From contig JBOEGF010000042.1 of NCBI GenBank assembly GCA_050633305.1, forward strand, positions 32,001 through 96,000: a stretch of 64,000 nucleotides of DNA, written 5' to 3'. This document shows, in pieces, positions 10,410 through 20,406 of this stretch. Position numbers and translations under genes: made by a program. Below the pieces are notes generated by a model. The model was not told the DNA's origin, did not search any database, and was given only the letters and a program-made list of their open reading frames with translations. Numbering within the stretch: position 1 is the stretch's first letter; each line of letters starts with the position of its first letter. The DNA is from Nannocystales bacterium. Lineage in GTDB: Bacteria; Myxococcota_A; Polyangia; Nannocystales; Nannocystaceae.

Positions 10410-11450
10410 ATGATGCATGGCTACAACAAGACTCCGATGCAAGCAGCAACCCACACCGAGTACGGCTCCTCCGAGGTTCTCTCCGTCAAAGACGTCGGAA
10501 CACCCGCTGTGGGCCCCAATCAGGTCCTGATCCGGGTTCACGCCAGCCCCGTGACCGAAGGCGACCGGCGCCTACGCGCCGCCGACTTTCCCGGGGTGAG
10601 CGCCGTGATGGGACGCCTCATGTTCGGGCTCTTTCGTCCCCGAAACCCCATCCCCGGGACCATGTTTGCCGGCCAGGTCGTCGCGTGTGGCGAAGCCGTC
10701 ACTCGATTCTCCGTCGGCGATGACGTGTTCGGAAGCTGCGACAACGGCGCTCACGCGGAGTACGTCGCCGTCGCCGAGGACGGCCCCCTCGCTGAGATCC
10801 CCGAAGGCGTGGACTACGACCAAGCTTCCGCAGTGCCGTATGGGGCGGCTACCGCCCTCGCTTTCTTACGGGATGTCGCCCGCGTACAGCCCGGCGAGGA
10901 CGTTCTCATCGTCGGCGGGTCGGGAGGGGTCGGTCGTTTCGCAGTGCAGATCGCTCGCCACCTCGGCGCACATGTCACCGCCGTGGGCAGCGGTCGCAGC
11001 GCGGCAATGATGAAGGAGCTGGGAGCCGACGCCGTCATTGACTACAAGCGCGAGGACTACACGAAGGCCGGCAAGAGATACGACGTCATCTTCGACACCA
11101 CCTCCGGCGATGGGTTCCGTAGCGCGAAAGACTCGCTGAAGAAGAACGGTCGCTACGCCACCGTCTACCTCAACCTCCTGGTGCTTTGGCAGATGCTGCT
11201 CAGCGCCGTGATGGGTGGGCCCAAGGTCGCCTCTGCGGTCGTCCTCGGCAACCAGAGCCTTTCGAAGGACGTCGCCGAGCTTCTGGCTCAGGGTGTGATT
11301 CGCCCGACGATCGCCGCTCGACATCCCATCGCACACGTGGCGAAGGCCCACGCAGCTCAGGCGGACCGCGACACGATGGGGTCGGTCATCGTGACGGTGA
11401 ACACCGCGGCGCGCGGAGTCTCACCGGCACGAGCGCTCGAGGTCGCCTGA
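10410..11450 (+). CDS. NAD(P)-dependent alcohol dehydrogenase / MDR quinone-reductase-like
   Basis: YGSSEVL, GAHAEY, GGSGGVG nucleotide-binding motif, VIDYKRED. Start 10410 or 10437. Confidence 0.9.
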   Translation: MMHGYNKTPMQAATHTEYGSSEVLSVKDVGTPAVGPNQVLIRVHASPVTEGDRRLRAADFPGVSAVMGRLMFGLFRPRNPIPGTMFAGQVVACGEAVTRFSVGDDVFGSCDNGAHAEYVAVAEDGPLAEIPEGVDYDQASAVPYGAATALAFLRDVARVQPGEDVLIVGGSGGVGRFAVQIARHLGAHVTAVGSGRSAAMMKELGADAVIDYKREDYTKAGKRYDVIFDTTSGDGFRSAKDSLKKNGRYATVYLNLLVLWQMLLSAVMGGPKVASAVVLGNQSLSKDVAELLAQGVIRPTIAARHPIAHVAKAHAAQADRDTMGSVIVTVNTAARGVSPARALEVA

Positions 11451-11488
11451 CGGCCCTCAAGCGAACCTCCATCGAGACCGATGGTCCG

Positions 11489-13309
11489 GTGGCCGTGTCC
11501 GCCGTCGACCATCGTGCCCTTCCCCATGCTGCGAATGCCCGACCCCCTGCGTCGGTCCGTCCCAGGGTTCCAGGGCGTGCAGAAGGACGTCGGCGGCTGA
11601 GCGACATCCTGCTCCAGGCGGGAGCCGTGGACGCGGGGGGAATCGAGCGTGCGCTGGCCGTCCAGGCCGCGAACGGAGGAAGGCTCGGCACGATCCTGGT
11701 CGACCTCGGCCTGTGTACGGAGGAAGCGATTCAGCGAGCAGTGTCCGCGCAGATCGGGGTCGAGATGGTCCGACTGGAGGAGGTCGTCCTCGACCGAGCC
11801 GCGCTGGGCGTTGTCCCCCGTGAGTTGATGTTGAAGTACGAGGTCATCCCGCTGCGCCTCGAAGAGGACGTACTCGTCGTCGCGACTCCAGACCCCTTCA
11901 ACCTCTCTGCCTTGGACGATGTCCGCTTCGCGACGGGCCGGAAGTTGGAGGTCAAGTCCTGCACCGAAGCCGACTTCGCCTCGTACGTCTCCAATCACAT
12001 CGAGACGCAGTCGTTGATGCAGGAGATCCTCGACGGCGAGGACCTCTACGAAAAGGCGGTTGAAAACCTCGAGGACACCACCGCCGGACCAGCCGCGTCC
12101 CCAGGCAGCGAAGAGGTCAGCACCGACCTCGAGCATGCGGGTGAGCAACCCATCATCACCCTGTGCAACTTCCTGCTCGTCGAGTCGATCCATCGCCGGG
12201 CCAGCGACATTCACATCGAGCCGTACGAGACGTACCTTCGGATCCGCTTCCGAATCGATGGGACGCTCCAGAACCTGCTGACTCCACCGCAGCGTCTTCA
12301 CAGCGCCATCGTCACCCGCATGAAGATCATGGCGGGGATGGACATCGCACAACACCGCGAGCCCGAAGATGGGCACATCGCGATCCGGTACGGCGGCGAG
12401 ACCTGCCACTACCGCGTGTCGACTCTGCCCACGCTGTACGGGGAGAAATGCGTCATCCGGCTGCTCAAGAAGGACGAGCACCTCGCCTCGATCGGTACGC
12501 TTGGCTTCGAGCCCGGAGACCTCTCCCGGTTTCAAGCGTCACTGCGCCGACCGCAAGGCATCGTGCTCGTGACCGGGCCAACGGGCAGTGGCAAGACGAC
12601 GACGTTGCACGCAGGTCTGTCGCTCATCAACGAGGCGGGGACCAACATCGTAACGCTGGAGGACCCGGTTGAGGCGAGCATTCCCGGGGTCAACCATGTG
12701 CAGATCAACGAGTCCGCGGGACTGACCTTCGCCGCCGGCCTCCGTTCGGTCTTGCGCCAAGACCCAGACGTGGTGTTCGTGGGCGAGATTCGCGACGAGG
12801 AGGTCGCCGACATCGCCGTCAAGGCCGCGCTGACCGGACACCTCGTGCTCTCCACGTTGCACACCAACAGCGCGAGCGAATCCCTGCTCCGACTGGCGGA
12901 CCTCGGTGTGGCCCCGTATCTGATCGCCAATGCGCTGTCGATGATCGTCGCGCAGCGGTTGATGAGGAAGGTTTGCGATTCCTGCTCTACGCCCCATGTT
13001 GCGACCCCCGACGAGATCGCCGAGTTCAACCTCACCGACGAAGAACTCGCCACAGCGCAGCTCCGGAAGGGACGCGGCTGCGAGCGTTGTTACAACACGG
13101 GCTACCGGGGACGCACCGCGGTCTACGAAGTGCTCAGGGTGACGAACGAGATGCGCACCATGATCCGCGAAGAGGTCCCGCCCGAGGAGCTGCTCCAGTG
13201 CGCCGAGGCCGACGGGATGACCCTGCTGTACCAAGGCGGCATCAGCAAGGTCCTACGAGGCGAGACCACCTTCGACGAAATCCGCCGCCGGCTCACCGAC
13301 GCCCGCTAG
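11489..13309 (+). CDS. GspE/PulE/PilB family secretion/pilus assembly ATPase
   Basis: MshEN-like RLSDILL/RLGTILV N-terminus, ASDIHIEP, Walker A GPTGSGKTT, LRQDPDVVFVGEIRD, TGHLVLSTLH, tetracysteine CDSC...CERC. Start uncertain (GTG 11489). Confidence 0.92.
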   Translation: MAVSAVDHRALPHAANARPPASVRPRVPGRAEGRRRLSDILLQAGAVDAGGIERALAVQAANGGRLGTILVDLGLCTEEAIQRAVSAQIGVEMVRLEEVVLDRAALGVVPRELMLKYEVIPLRLEEDVLVVATPDPFNLSALDDVRFATGRKLEVKSCTEADFASYVSNHIETQSLMQEILDGEDLYEKAVENLEDTTAGPAASPGSEEVSTDLEHAGEQPIITLCNFLLVESIHRRASDIHIEPYETYLRIRFRIDGTLQNLLTPPQRLHSAIVTRMKIMAGMDIAQHREPEDGHIAIRYGGETCHYRVSTLPTLYGEKCVIRLLKKDEHLASIGTLGFEPGDLSRFQASLRRPQGIVLVTGPTGSGKTTTLHAGLSLINEAGTNIVTLEDPVEASIPGVNHVQINESAGLTFAAGLRSVLRQDPDVVFVGEIRDEEVADIAVKAALTGHLVLSTLHTNSASESLLRLADLGVAPYLIANALSMIVAQRLMRKVCDSCSTPHVATPDEIAEFNLTDEELATAQLRKGRGCERCYNTGYRGRTAVYEVLRVTNEMRTMIREEVPPEELLQCAEADGMTLLYQGGISKVLRGETTFDEIRRRLTDAR

Positions 13310-13381
13310 AGAAAGACGGCGGCGGAGACCCTACAGCCAACCCAATGAGACGGCGACGAAACCTGGCCCGTTGATCAGAGC

Positions 13382-13783
13382 ATGGATCACGATGCCGACC
13401 GTGGTGCTCCGTCGACGCACACAGACCCAGCTCTGCACGAGGACGATCGGAGCGACGAGGAGGGCCATGGGAAGTCCGAACGCGGCATGAAACACCAGCC
13501 AACCGAGCCCATGGATCCACCACGTGTGCTGTCCGAACGCCCGACTCTAGCGGGGGAGAATCACCCCACGCCACCAAAGCTCTTCGCCCAGGATGTTGCA
13601 CGGAACGATATCGCTCGCCACCTACAGCGGTTGTCTCCCGACCTCGAGCGACCCGAAGCGAAAGCCGATCTCGTCGCCGCTGCACTCGGCGCAGGTGTCC
13701 ACGAGACCGTCCTGGGAAGCGACGACCCCGACGCCGCCACCGAGGAACTCGTGCGGCTGTGCGAAGCCTACCTCGGAGCGTGA
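13382..13783 (+). CDS. Hypothetical protein; C-terminus resembles a TetR ligand-binding domain (possible remnant)
   Basis: Disordered N-half; C-half ADLVAAALGAGVHETVLG...ATEELVRLCEAYL is helical; no HTH seen. Confidence 0.4.
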   Translation: MDHDADRGAPSTHTDPALHEDDRSDEEGHGKSERGMKHQPTEPMDPPRVLSERPTLAGENHPTPPKLFAQDVARNDIARHLQRLSPDLERPEAKADLVAAALGAGVHETVLGSDDPDAATEELVRLCEAYLGA

Positions 13784-13944
13784 TCGCTCGCCCGCTCGTT
13801 ACGCCTGTACCACCGCCGATTCATCGACGCCGGCAAGGCAGGCGACGTTGGCGACATGGGTGAACTCGGCCGAGCCAGCCGTGGTCGGCGAGCCAATGTC
13901 GCCTTTCGTTGCTCGCAGGCAAGCCTGCGGTACGCGTAGCCGGC

Positions 13945-14673
13945 TCAGTTTGCTTCGCACTGACCGCTCTCGCCACAACGGACCTCCACACCGCAGTCGC
14001 CGACGAAGTTGCAGTAAGTCTCCACAGGGAGATCGCACCCCCGCAGCGCATCGTCGAGGCGAGCCCAGTCCGCAGGGTCGGTCTCAACGTTGACCGCCAC
14101 GACGCTGCAGTCGTCGACGTAGCAGGTGCTGGTCAGCTGCATACAGTCTTCGTCGAACTCACACGCTCGATGGGCTGCGAGAAACGTCTGCACGTCTTCC
14201 TCTACGCTCGGGCAGTAGTTCCCTGCACCGAAGCTTGACTGACACTGGTTGTCGTCACACATGGGTACTGCCCCACAGGGGTCGGCTCCACACTGACACG
14301 ACTCCAGCATCGCCTCCTCCAGCGGCTCCCACACACCCAGGTCGGCGTCCACCGCCACACCGAGACCGCCGCACACGTTGGGAGCAGGCCCGCTGTAGCA
14401 CAGACCGCTGACCACATCGCAGTCGAGCAACGTCTCGCATTCACGGTTCTGCTCGATGAACTCCGTCGCAGCCTCCGTGGCCTCTCGGCACGCAGCAGAC
14501 TCCACGTCGCCCGTGGAAGGCTCTCCCGTGGTTGGCTCTCCCGTAGAGGAGGTCTCCACAGGCGTACCGGTGGACCCTCTTGCATCACAGTCGGCGACAC
14601 ACTGCTCCTGCGAACCACAAGCAACCACCAACAGCGCGGCGGTCAAACCAAGCGTAAGAAACACGCGTTTCAT
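13945..14673 (-). CDS. Cys-rich lipoprotein with two internal repeats
   Basis: LLVVAC lipobox; repeated unit F.E/A.NR/HR.CE...DC.....CY...C....V.V.AD...W. Confidence 0.8.
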   Translation of the reverse strand: MKRVFLTLGLTAALLVVACGSQEQCVADCDARGSTGTPVETSSTGEPTTGEPSTGDVESAACREATEAATEFIEQNRECETLLDCDVVSGLCYSGPAPNVCGGLGVAVDADLGVWEPLEEAMLESCQCGADPCGAVPMCDDNQCQSSFGAGNYCPSVEEDVQTFLAAHRACEFDEDCMQLTSTCYVDDCSVVAVNVETDPADWARLDDALRGCDLPVETYCNFVGDCGVEVRCGESGQCEAN

Positions 14674-14913
14674 GGACCTCTAGTCTGCGCACAGCCTGGG
14701 TTTTGTGGACCGATTTTCAGGGAGACAACACGGTCAGGCTGATGGTTGGTCGTTCGACGGAGGTCCACCGCTGGGCTGGCGGCCATCGTACGCGACCAGC
14801 CCGTGGTCGGCCCGTGCCCTTTCGACGACCCGCCGCCGGTCAGGGCAGCCCATCTGAGCGCACTTTAGGTGACCGAGACGTCGTGACGATTTATCGACGC
14901 CCCGCAAGCCAGA

Positions 14914-15633
14914 CTACGTCGGCGGCATGGGCACGATGGGAGGACGGGTGAACTCCGCCGAACGTGCGGTGGTCGGCGAGCCGTCGACCTCCACGGCGAC
15001 CTCGACGTCGTAGGTACGACCTCGGGACGGCTTGCCTTCGAGCCTCGCTTCGACCGAGGACCATGAGGGCGGCTTGATTCGGTAGCTGGTCCGCGCGGAG
15101 CTCCCACCAGCCAGATTCTCGTCCCACGCGGTGTACGCGTTGTCGGCCTCGGACCACTTCGAGGGCTTGCGCGATGCGAGCGTGGCGACCTGCTGATCGG
15201 TCTGAACGTCCCGCAGCCGCACCTCGACAACCCTGACCTTCGTGGACGTCTCGGCTTTGTTCTCGAAGGTGATCTGCAGGGTGGATTGCTGGCACCTCCG
15301 TCTGCGAGGTGGAGCAACGCTGTCCCCGGGCATCGGAGGGACCTCGGCAGGGGCGGACGCGGCGGTGCTCCGCTTCACGGGCTTCGCAGGGGCCGCGGAG
15401 GGAGCCATCGACTCCGGTGCCGACGGCTTGGCGGGTGGAGGGTCGGGGCAATCGCTCTCCAGCAGCACGGAGCCCACCGCAACGACCACGGCTGCTTCCT
15501 CGGGTCGGTTTGTCCCCCCATCGGCAGCCGTCTTTCCGCCGCTCGCCGTGGCGTCGTTGGAGACCGTGGGAGCGCAACCGGGCAGCGGCGCAAGCGTGGC
15601 AAGGAGAAGGATCGCGGGGCGGAGGGTCTTCAT
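14914..15633 (-). CDS. Hypothetical lipoprotein
   Basis: MKTLRPAILLLATLAPLPGC signal, Pro/Ala linker, beta-rich C-domain; 27 bp downstream of the cytochrome gene. Confidence 0.75.
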   Translation of the reverse strand: MKTLRPAILLLATLAPLPGCAPTVSNDATASGGKTAADGGTNRPEEAAVVVAVGSVLLESDCPDPPPAKPSAPESMAPSAAPAKPVKRSTAASAPAEVPPMPGDSVAPPRRRRCQQSTLQITFENKAETSTKVRVVEVRLRDVQTDQQVATLASRKPSKWSEADNAYTAWDENLAGGSSARTSYRIKPPSWSSVEARLEGKPSRGRTYDVEVAVEVDGSPTTARSAEFTRPPIVPMPPT

Positions 15634-15659
15634 GGTTGGGTTCCTGTTCGTTCGACGGT

Positions 15660-16997
15660 TCACAGCGTGCGAAGCCAAGCCGCCAAGGCGGCACGATCAC
15701 GTGGCGGGAGGTCGGTGCCGAAGTCGTGCCCGAGCACCGAACCCGGGCCCCGTACGGAGCGGTCAAAGTCGGGTCTCAGGCGAGCAGACCCCAGCAGGTC
15801 CTCGAGGCTCCCGACCTCGCCCGTGTGAAGGTAGGGCGCGGCGTTGCGGACATCGACCAGCGGTGCAGGTCGATAGTTCCCTGTTCCGCGAGCGCGCCCG
15901 TTGGCCAACGCCGGGTCGGTGCCCACACGAATCGCAAGGACCGCACGTCCACTTCCGTTCTCATCGCTGTGGCAGCGGGCGCAGTGCGACGCGAACAACG
16001 CCTTCCCTTTGAGGGCAAGGGGTGTCGGCTCTGTGCCAGATGTCGGCGGCGTCAGTGAGTACAGATACATCGCGAGCGCCCACGCAAGCTCTCGTGGCGG
16101 CCGAACGCGCTCACCGCTGGCGTGAAGCATCTGCGTCTCTTGGCGGATCGCGAGGGCGAGCGGAGAGTCGTGCACGATGGTTGCGGCTTGCGTCAGATTG
16201 CGAAGCTCGCGAAGCCTCCACAGGTCGGGAATCGAGACGGGATCTTGGTCGTCGTCCTCGGTGATGTCCGCGCGTCCCGGCCCCCAGCTGGACATGCGCG
16301 CGACGAGGCCAGGGTTCACGTCTCCGAGGCTGTGCTCGTATGCGAGACGCATCGCGCCGTAGTCGAGCGCACGCCGGGCCCGACCGACAACAACCTGCCC
16401 TCCTTCGATGGCGGTATGGCACAGCGCACAGGTGATGCCGACCTGGTCACCACCGTCGACATCGCGGTACGCGACCAACCCCGGGACCTTCCCGTCGCGG
16501 TCATGCTCGAGGCCCAGTCGCTCCGCGGTACCCGTTGCGAATGCGAGCTCGGCAGCGGGCTCGGGACGCAACGGAAAGCGAAAGAACACTTCTCGTCCAA
16601 GCTTCACCCAGTCATCCATCGACTGCGGTCGACGGCCGTCCCACAGCCGCGGCGAGCCCGGGTCGAGGGAGACCAACCGCCCAGTCTCGAGGACCACGAG
16701 GTCTTCGACGCGGAGCTCTTGGCTGCTCGGGTTCCAAGCCGGGAGAACATCCCAACCGGTGCGTCCGCGCCCATACGCCGAGATCCGCATCGCGCTGTAG
16801 AGATTGTCGGGTGTGGCCAGGGAGCGCTCCATCGCGCTGCGCCGCGCCTGTGGATTGTCGAGGTACAGCGGGCTGTGATCCAACAACCATGCGTCGCTCC
16901 ACGGCGACGCCCTGAGCGCGGCTGCTCCTTCCTCAGCCTGCACGGGTTCGACAGGGACGCTCAAGGCCGCGGCGACGATCCCCACAAACCCGATCAT
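15660..16997 (-). CDS. Di-haem c-type cytochrome (peroxidase/RoxA-like architecture)
   Basis: Signal peptide; two CxxCH motifs (CALCH, CARCH); YRPAPL...APYLH.G.V.SLEDLL and GHDFG C-terminal motifs. Confidence 0.8.
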   Translation of the reverse strand: MIGFVGIVAAALSVPVEPVQAEEGAAALRASPWSDAWLLDHSPLYLDNPQARRSAMERSLATPDNLYSAMRISAYGRGRTGWDVLPAWNPSSQELRVEDLVVLETGRLVSLDPGSPRLWDGRRPQSMDDWVKLGREVFFRFPLRPEPAAELAFATGTAERLGLEHDRDGKVPGLVAYRDVDGGDQVGITCALCHTAIEGGQVVVGRARRALDYGAMRLAYEHSLGDVNPGLVARMSSWGPGRADITEDDDQDPVSIPDLWRLRELRNLTQAATIVHDSPLALAIRQETQMLHASGERVRPPRELAWALAMYLYSLTPPTSGTEPTPLALKGKALFASHCARCHSDENGSGRAVLAIRVGTDPALANGRARGTGNYRPAPLVDVRNAAPYLHTGEVGSLEDLLGSARLRPDFDRSVRGPGSVLGHDFGTDLPPRDRAALAAWLRTL

Positions 16998-17105
16998 GCA
17001 CCCCCCGACGGAGCGTACGGTCCGCTTACCCCAGCTCGTCAACTCGCGTCCGATACTGACATGGAACGACTCGCGTTGAGGATCGGTCTGCTTCGTCCGA
17101 TCTCG

Positions 17106-17288
17106 CTACGTCTGGGGCCGATCGAAGCAGAACATGATCGCGGCGGCCACCAACGCCGCGCTCAGCGTCAACGCAGCTCCGACGGTGACCAAGGAGTTGG
17201 CCGACCCGCCCGAGTCAAACGACTCGAGACCGCGCAGCAGCGACCCCACGATGGCAATCCAGATCCCGATTCGTCCGTACTTGCGCAT
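17106..17288 (-). CDS. Small two-TM membrane protein
   Basis: 60 aa with two hydrophobic stretches; fills the intergenic gap in the same orientation as its neighbours. Confidence 0.5.
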   Translation of the reverse strand: MRKYGRIGIWIAIVGSLLRGLESFDSGGSANSLVTVGAALTLSAALVAAAIMFCFDRPQT

Positions 17289-17334
17289 GCGCAGAGCCTA
17301 GCAGCAGGCCGCACGGCTCAGCGTGCCGAAGCGC

Positions 17335-19101
17335 TCAAGCGGCCTTGGTCACGATGTCGGGCATCGCCGCGGGCCGGCCGAACATGAAGCCCTGGATATG
17401 GGTCGCCCCAGCACGTTTGACGAACGCGAGGTCTTCGGCCGTCTCAATGCCTTCCGCGGTAATGCTGGCACCCATCCGCTTCCCCAGTTCAACCAACCCC
17501 CCATACATACACTCTCGCCTGGGGTCAGCTTGGGCCCCGACCAGCAGCCCTCGCGAGAGCTTCACACTCGTCACGGGAAAACGCGCCAGCACCTCGGCCG
17601 TCGAGTAGCCGGTGCCGAAGTCGTCGAGCACCAGACACACCCCATCGCCGCGAAGCGCTCCGAGCTTGGCGTCGATGGACTCGTCCTGTCCCCACTCGAC
17701 CTGCTCGGTGAGCTCCAGCTGAAGACGTCGCGGGTCCAACCCGCTCGCGGAGAGTGCATCTCGGACGTGAGTCTCGAACATGGGCGAGCGGACGTGGTCG
17801 GCCGAAACGTTCACGCTCACGCTCACCAAGCTCTTCCCTGGGATCGACGTGACCCAGTTACACGCGCCCATGAGCATCTGTCGCCCCAGCTCCACAATGA
17901 GACCGGTTCGCAATGCTGCAGGGATGAACTGTGCCGGGGAGATTTTTCCAAGCTCATCGTCGGTCCATCGAGCCAGGGCCTCAAACCCGGCCGCCTCCGA
18001 CGAGCCAGCGGTCACAATCGGCTGAAAGTGCGGCACCACCAGCCCGGTCTCGAGCGCCGTGCGAAGCCGAGAATCCATGTCGACCTCGGGAGCTACGCCG
18101 TTGGACACGAGCCCCAGACCTACGCGGTTCTTCCGCTCCTGCTTGCGCGAGTACATCGCGACATCCGCTTCGGCGAGCAGCGCGGACGGCGAAGTATCGG
18201 TATCTGTAACCACACGGATCCCGATGCTCACGCCCACCTGCACGGACGGGCCGCCGAGATCGATCGGGACCTCAACCGCCGCTTGCACGGCCTCCGCGAC
18301 GCGGTTCGCCCCCGTTTCCGTCACCGAGTCCGCGAGCAGGATGACGAACTCGTCACCGCCAACCCGGGACACACAGTCGGAGCCTCGAACCGCCGCACGC
18401 AGTCTTCTCGCCACTTCCACCAGGACCGCGTCTCCAGCTGCGTGCCCGCGCTGGTCGTTGATCGGCTTGAACCCGTCGAGGTCCATGTACAGAAGACTGA
18501 ACCCGTTGGCGGGGTCCGCCTCGAGGCCAACGAGGGCGTCTGCAACCTGGTCGTCGAGCTTGGCCCGGTTGGCAAGGCCTGTCAGGGGGTCGTGCAAGGC
18601 TCGGTGACGAGCCTCCTGCTCTCTCTCCGCGAGCGCAGCTGCAGCAGCGCACCGCTGGACGTTGAACCGGACCGTACGCGCGAGCAGCCGACCCGTCGCT
18701 TCGCTCTTCGCGAGGAAATCACTTGCCCCGCCCTGAACGGCCTCCCGTTCGATGATCGGGTCGTCCGAACCCGTGAGCAGGACGAGCGGGATCTCCACGC
18801 CCTGCTCTCGAGCCAACTCGATCAGCTGCAGACCCGTGTTGGATCCCAGCTGATGGTCGATCGTGGCCGCCTGAAAACGGCCCGAACACAAGAGGTGTAG
18901 AGCCTCCTCAAAACCCTCCTCCACCTTCACCTGGAGGGCGGGGTCGGCACTCATGAGCTGGGCACGAATGAGACATCCGTAGGCGGGGTCGTCTTCGACC
19001 ACGAGCACGGAGATCTCTTGCCCCGGCGCGCCGACGGCCTCAGCCTCGCCTTCGCTTTTCGGGCGCCCGGGCGGAGCGGGGCGGAGTTCGCTCCCTTCCA
19101 T
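17335..19101 (-). CDS. Response regulator REC-GGDEF-EAL diguanylate cyclase/phosphodiesterase
   Basis: REC (VEDD, D, LTG, K), HDPLTGLANR, RGSD I-site, GGDEF, EAL, ELTE, DDFGTGYS, EGIE, QG. Confidence 0.93.
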   Translation of the reverse strand: MEGSELRPAPPGRPKSEGEAEAVGAPGQEISVLVVEDDPAYGCLIRAQLMSADPALQVKVEEGFEEALHLLCSGRFQAATIDHQLGSNTGLQLIELAREQGVEIPLVLLTGSDDPIIEREAVQGGASDFLAKSEATGRLLARTVRFNVQRCAAAAALAEREQEARHRALHDPLTGLANRAKLDDQVADALVGLEADPANGFSLLYMDLDGFKPINDQRGHAAGDAVLVEVARRLRAAVRGSDCVSRVGGDEFVILLADSVTETGANRVAEAVQAAVEVPIDLGGPSVQVGVSIGIRVVTDTDTSPSALLAEADVAMYSRKQERKNRVGLGLVSNGVAPEVDMDSRLRTALETGLVVPHFQPIVTAGSSEAAGFEALARWTDDELGKISPAQFIPAALRTGLIVELGRQMLMGACNWVTSIPGKSLVSVSVNVSADHVRSPMFETHVRDALSASGLDPRRLQLELTEQVEWGQDESIDAKLGALRGDGVCLVLDDFGTGYSTAEVLARFPVTSVKLSRGLLVGAQADPRRECMYGGLVELGKRMGASITAEGIETAEDLAFVKRAGATHIQGFMFGRPAAMPDIVTKAA

Positions 19102-19288
19102 GAGGACCTCATTGGGGAAGTCCCTACCCGCGGCAAGTCCGAAGATGGAACACCCCCCGGATCGCAGACGCGCATCCGTGACCCAACTCGTCACCGCCCG
19201 GGTTCCCGAATTGGCACCCGCCCCTCGCGCAACCGGCTCGGATCTCGGCCCCCCCGGGAGTGGTTCGGTTCTTGCCTAGCAACGAACC

Positions 19289-19945
19289 GTGTCCCCTCGC
19301 CCGGCTCTCCTAATCACGGCGTTCCTCGGCCTCGGATGCAACGGCAGCGGGCGCTCTGATCAAGCGGTCTCCGGGTCCGCTGGCGTCTCCGGTCCATCCA
19401 CAACCGGTGCGGCCGCCTCCTTGGAGAGCTCGAGCACCGGAATGGCACCAGCCGGCGGCTCCGACGGCAGCGGCGGTAGCGCAGCAGGCTCCGCCAGCGC
19501 GAGTGAGACATCCCCGGACGAGGGCAGCACTTCAGGGTCGGCAAATACCAGCTCCACGGAGTCTGGGGCGAGCTCGAGCACGGGGTCCGCGGACACATCG
19601 TCCACTGGAGAGGCTGACTCCTCGGGGGTCGTTGGCGGAGTGTTGGACATCGGCATCATCGCGCACAACGACTGCACGTTCACGGTCGACCCAGCTTCGA
19701 TCACGGTTCCCGAGGGGACCGGTTTCACCGTCAACTGGGTGAGCTCTCCAGCGAGTGAGATCGAGTTCGACATCGCGAAGATCGACACGTTCAACCACGT
19801 CCCGATCGTCATCGGCATGGAACCCGGCAGCGCCTACCACGACGACATCCGCGAGTGGTGCGGCGACCTGTTCACGGGCACCTTTGACTTCCGCCTGACC
19901 AGCTGCCACGACCCCCTGTACATCCCGGTCGACTGCGGAGGTTGA
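19289..19945 (+). CDS. Lipoprotein with Ser/Thr-rich stalk and small C-terminal cupredoxin-like beta domain
   Basis: FLGLGC lipobox; C-terminal FTVDPASITVPEGTGFTVNW. Confidence 0.7.
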   Translation: MSPRPALLITAFLGLGCNGSGRSDQAVSGSAGVSGPSTTGAAASLESSSTGMAPAGGSDGSGGSAAGSASASETSPDEGSTSGSANTSSTESGASSSTGSADTSSTGEADSSGVVGGVLDIGIIAHNDCTFTVDPASITVPEGTGFTVNWVSSPASEIEFDIAKIDTFNHVPIVIGMEPGSAYHDDIREWCGDLFTGTFDFRLTSCHDPLYIPVDCGG

Positions 19946-19959
19946 AAGGCGCGACCGCC

Positions 19960-20379
19960 TCAGCCCGCGTGATCGGGCATCCACGTCTCGTGCACGTGAA
20001 GCCACCGAACTCCGTTGGGAGTCGCCTCGTGTTGGCGCATCAGCACGGTGCTCAGCCGCGCGGTGTCCTTGCCTTGAACGTGCTGCATCTCCACATACGT
20101 CAGGAGCGCAAGGTCGGTGTGCACATGCCGCAACGAAATGTCGACAACCTCGATCGACGACCCCTTCGACCATGTTCCAAAAGCCCCCTCGAGGGCGGTG
20201 GAAAGCTCGGACAAGGTCGTTGCTGTTCCCCGTGGCGAGACCATCGCAAAACCCGGGTCCATCACTTCCGTGAATCGCTTGAACCCTCGAGCACGGTCCG
20301 AGAAGCCGCCGAGAAACCACGCTTGGAAGAAGCGGTGCAGACCCACGAGCTCCTCTTCACACGCCAGGGCGACATCCAT
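19960..20379 (-). CDS. NTF2/SnoaL-like (DUF4440-type) protein
   Basis: ELVGLHRFFQAWF...F.MVSP.G...RLSTVL...W.HVHETW. Confidence 0.8.
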   Translation of the reverse strand: MDVALACEEELVGLHRFFQAWFLGGFSDRARGFKRFTEVMDPGFAMVSPRGTATTLSELSTALEGAFGTWSKGSSIEVVDISLRHVHTDLALLTYVEMQHVQGKDTARLSTVLMRQHEATPNGVRWLHVHETWMPDHAG

Positions 20380-20406
20380 CCCCAGAGGATACAGGGCGGG
20401 GTGTGC

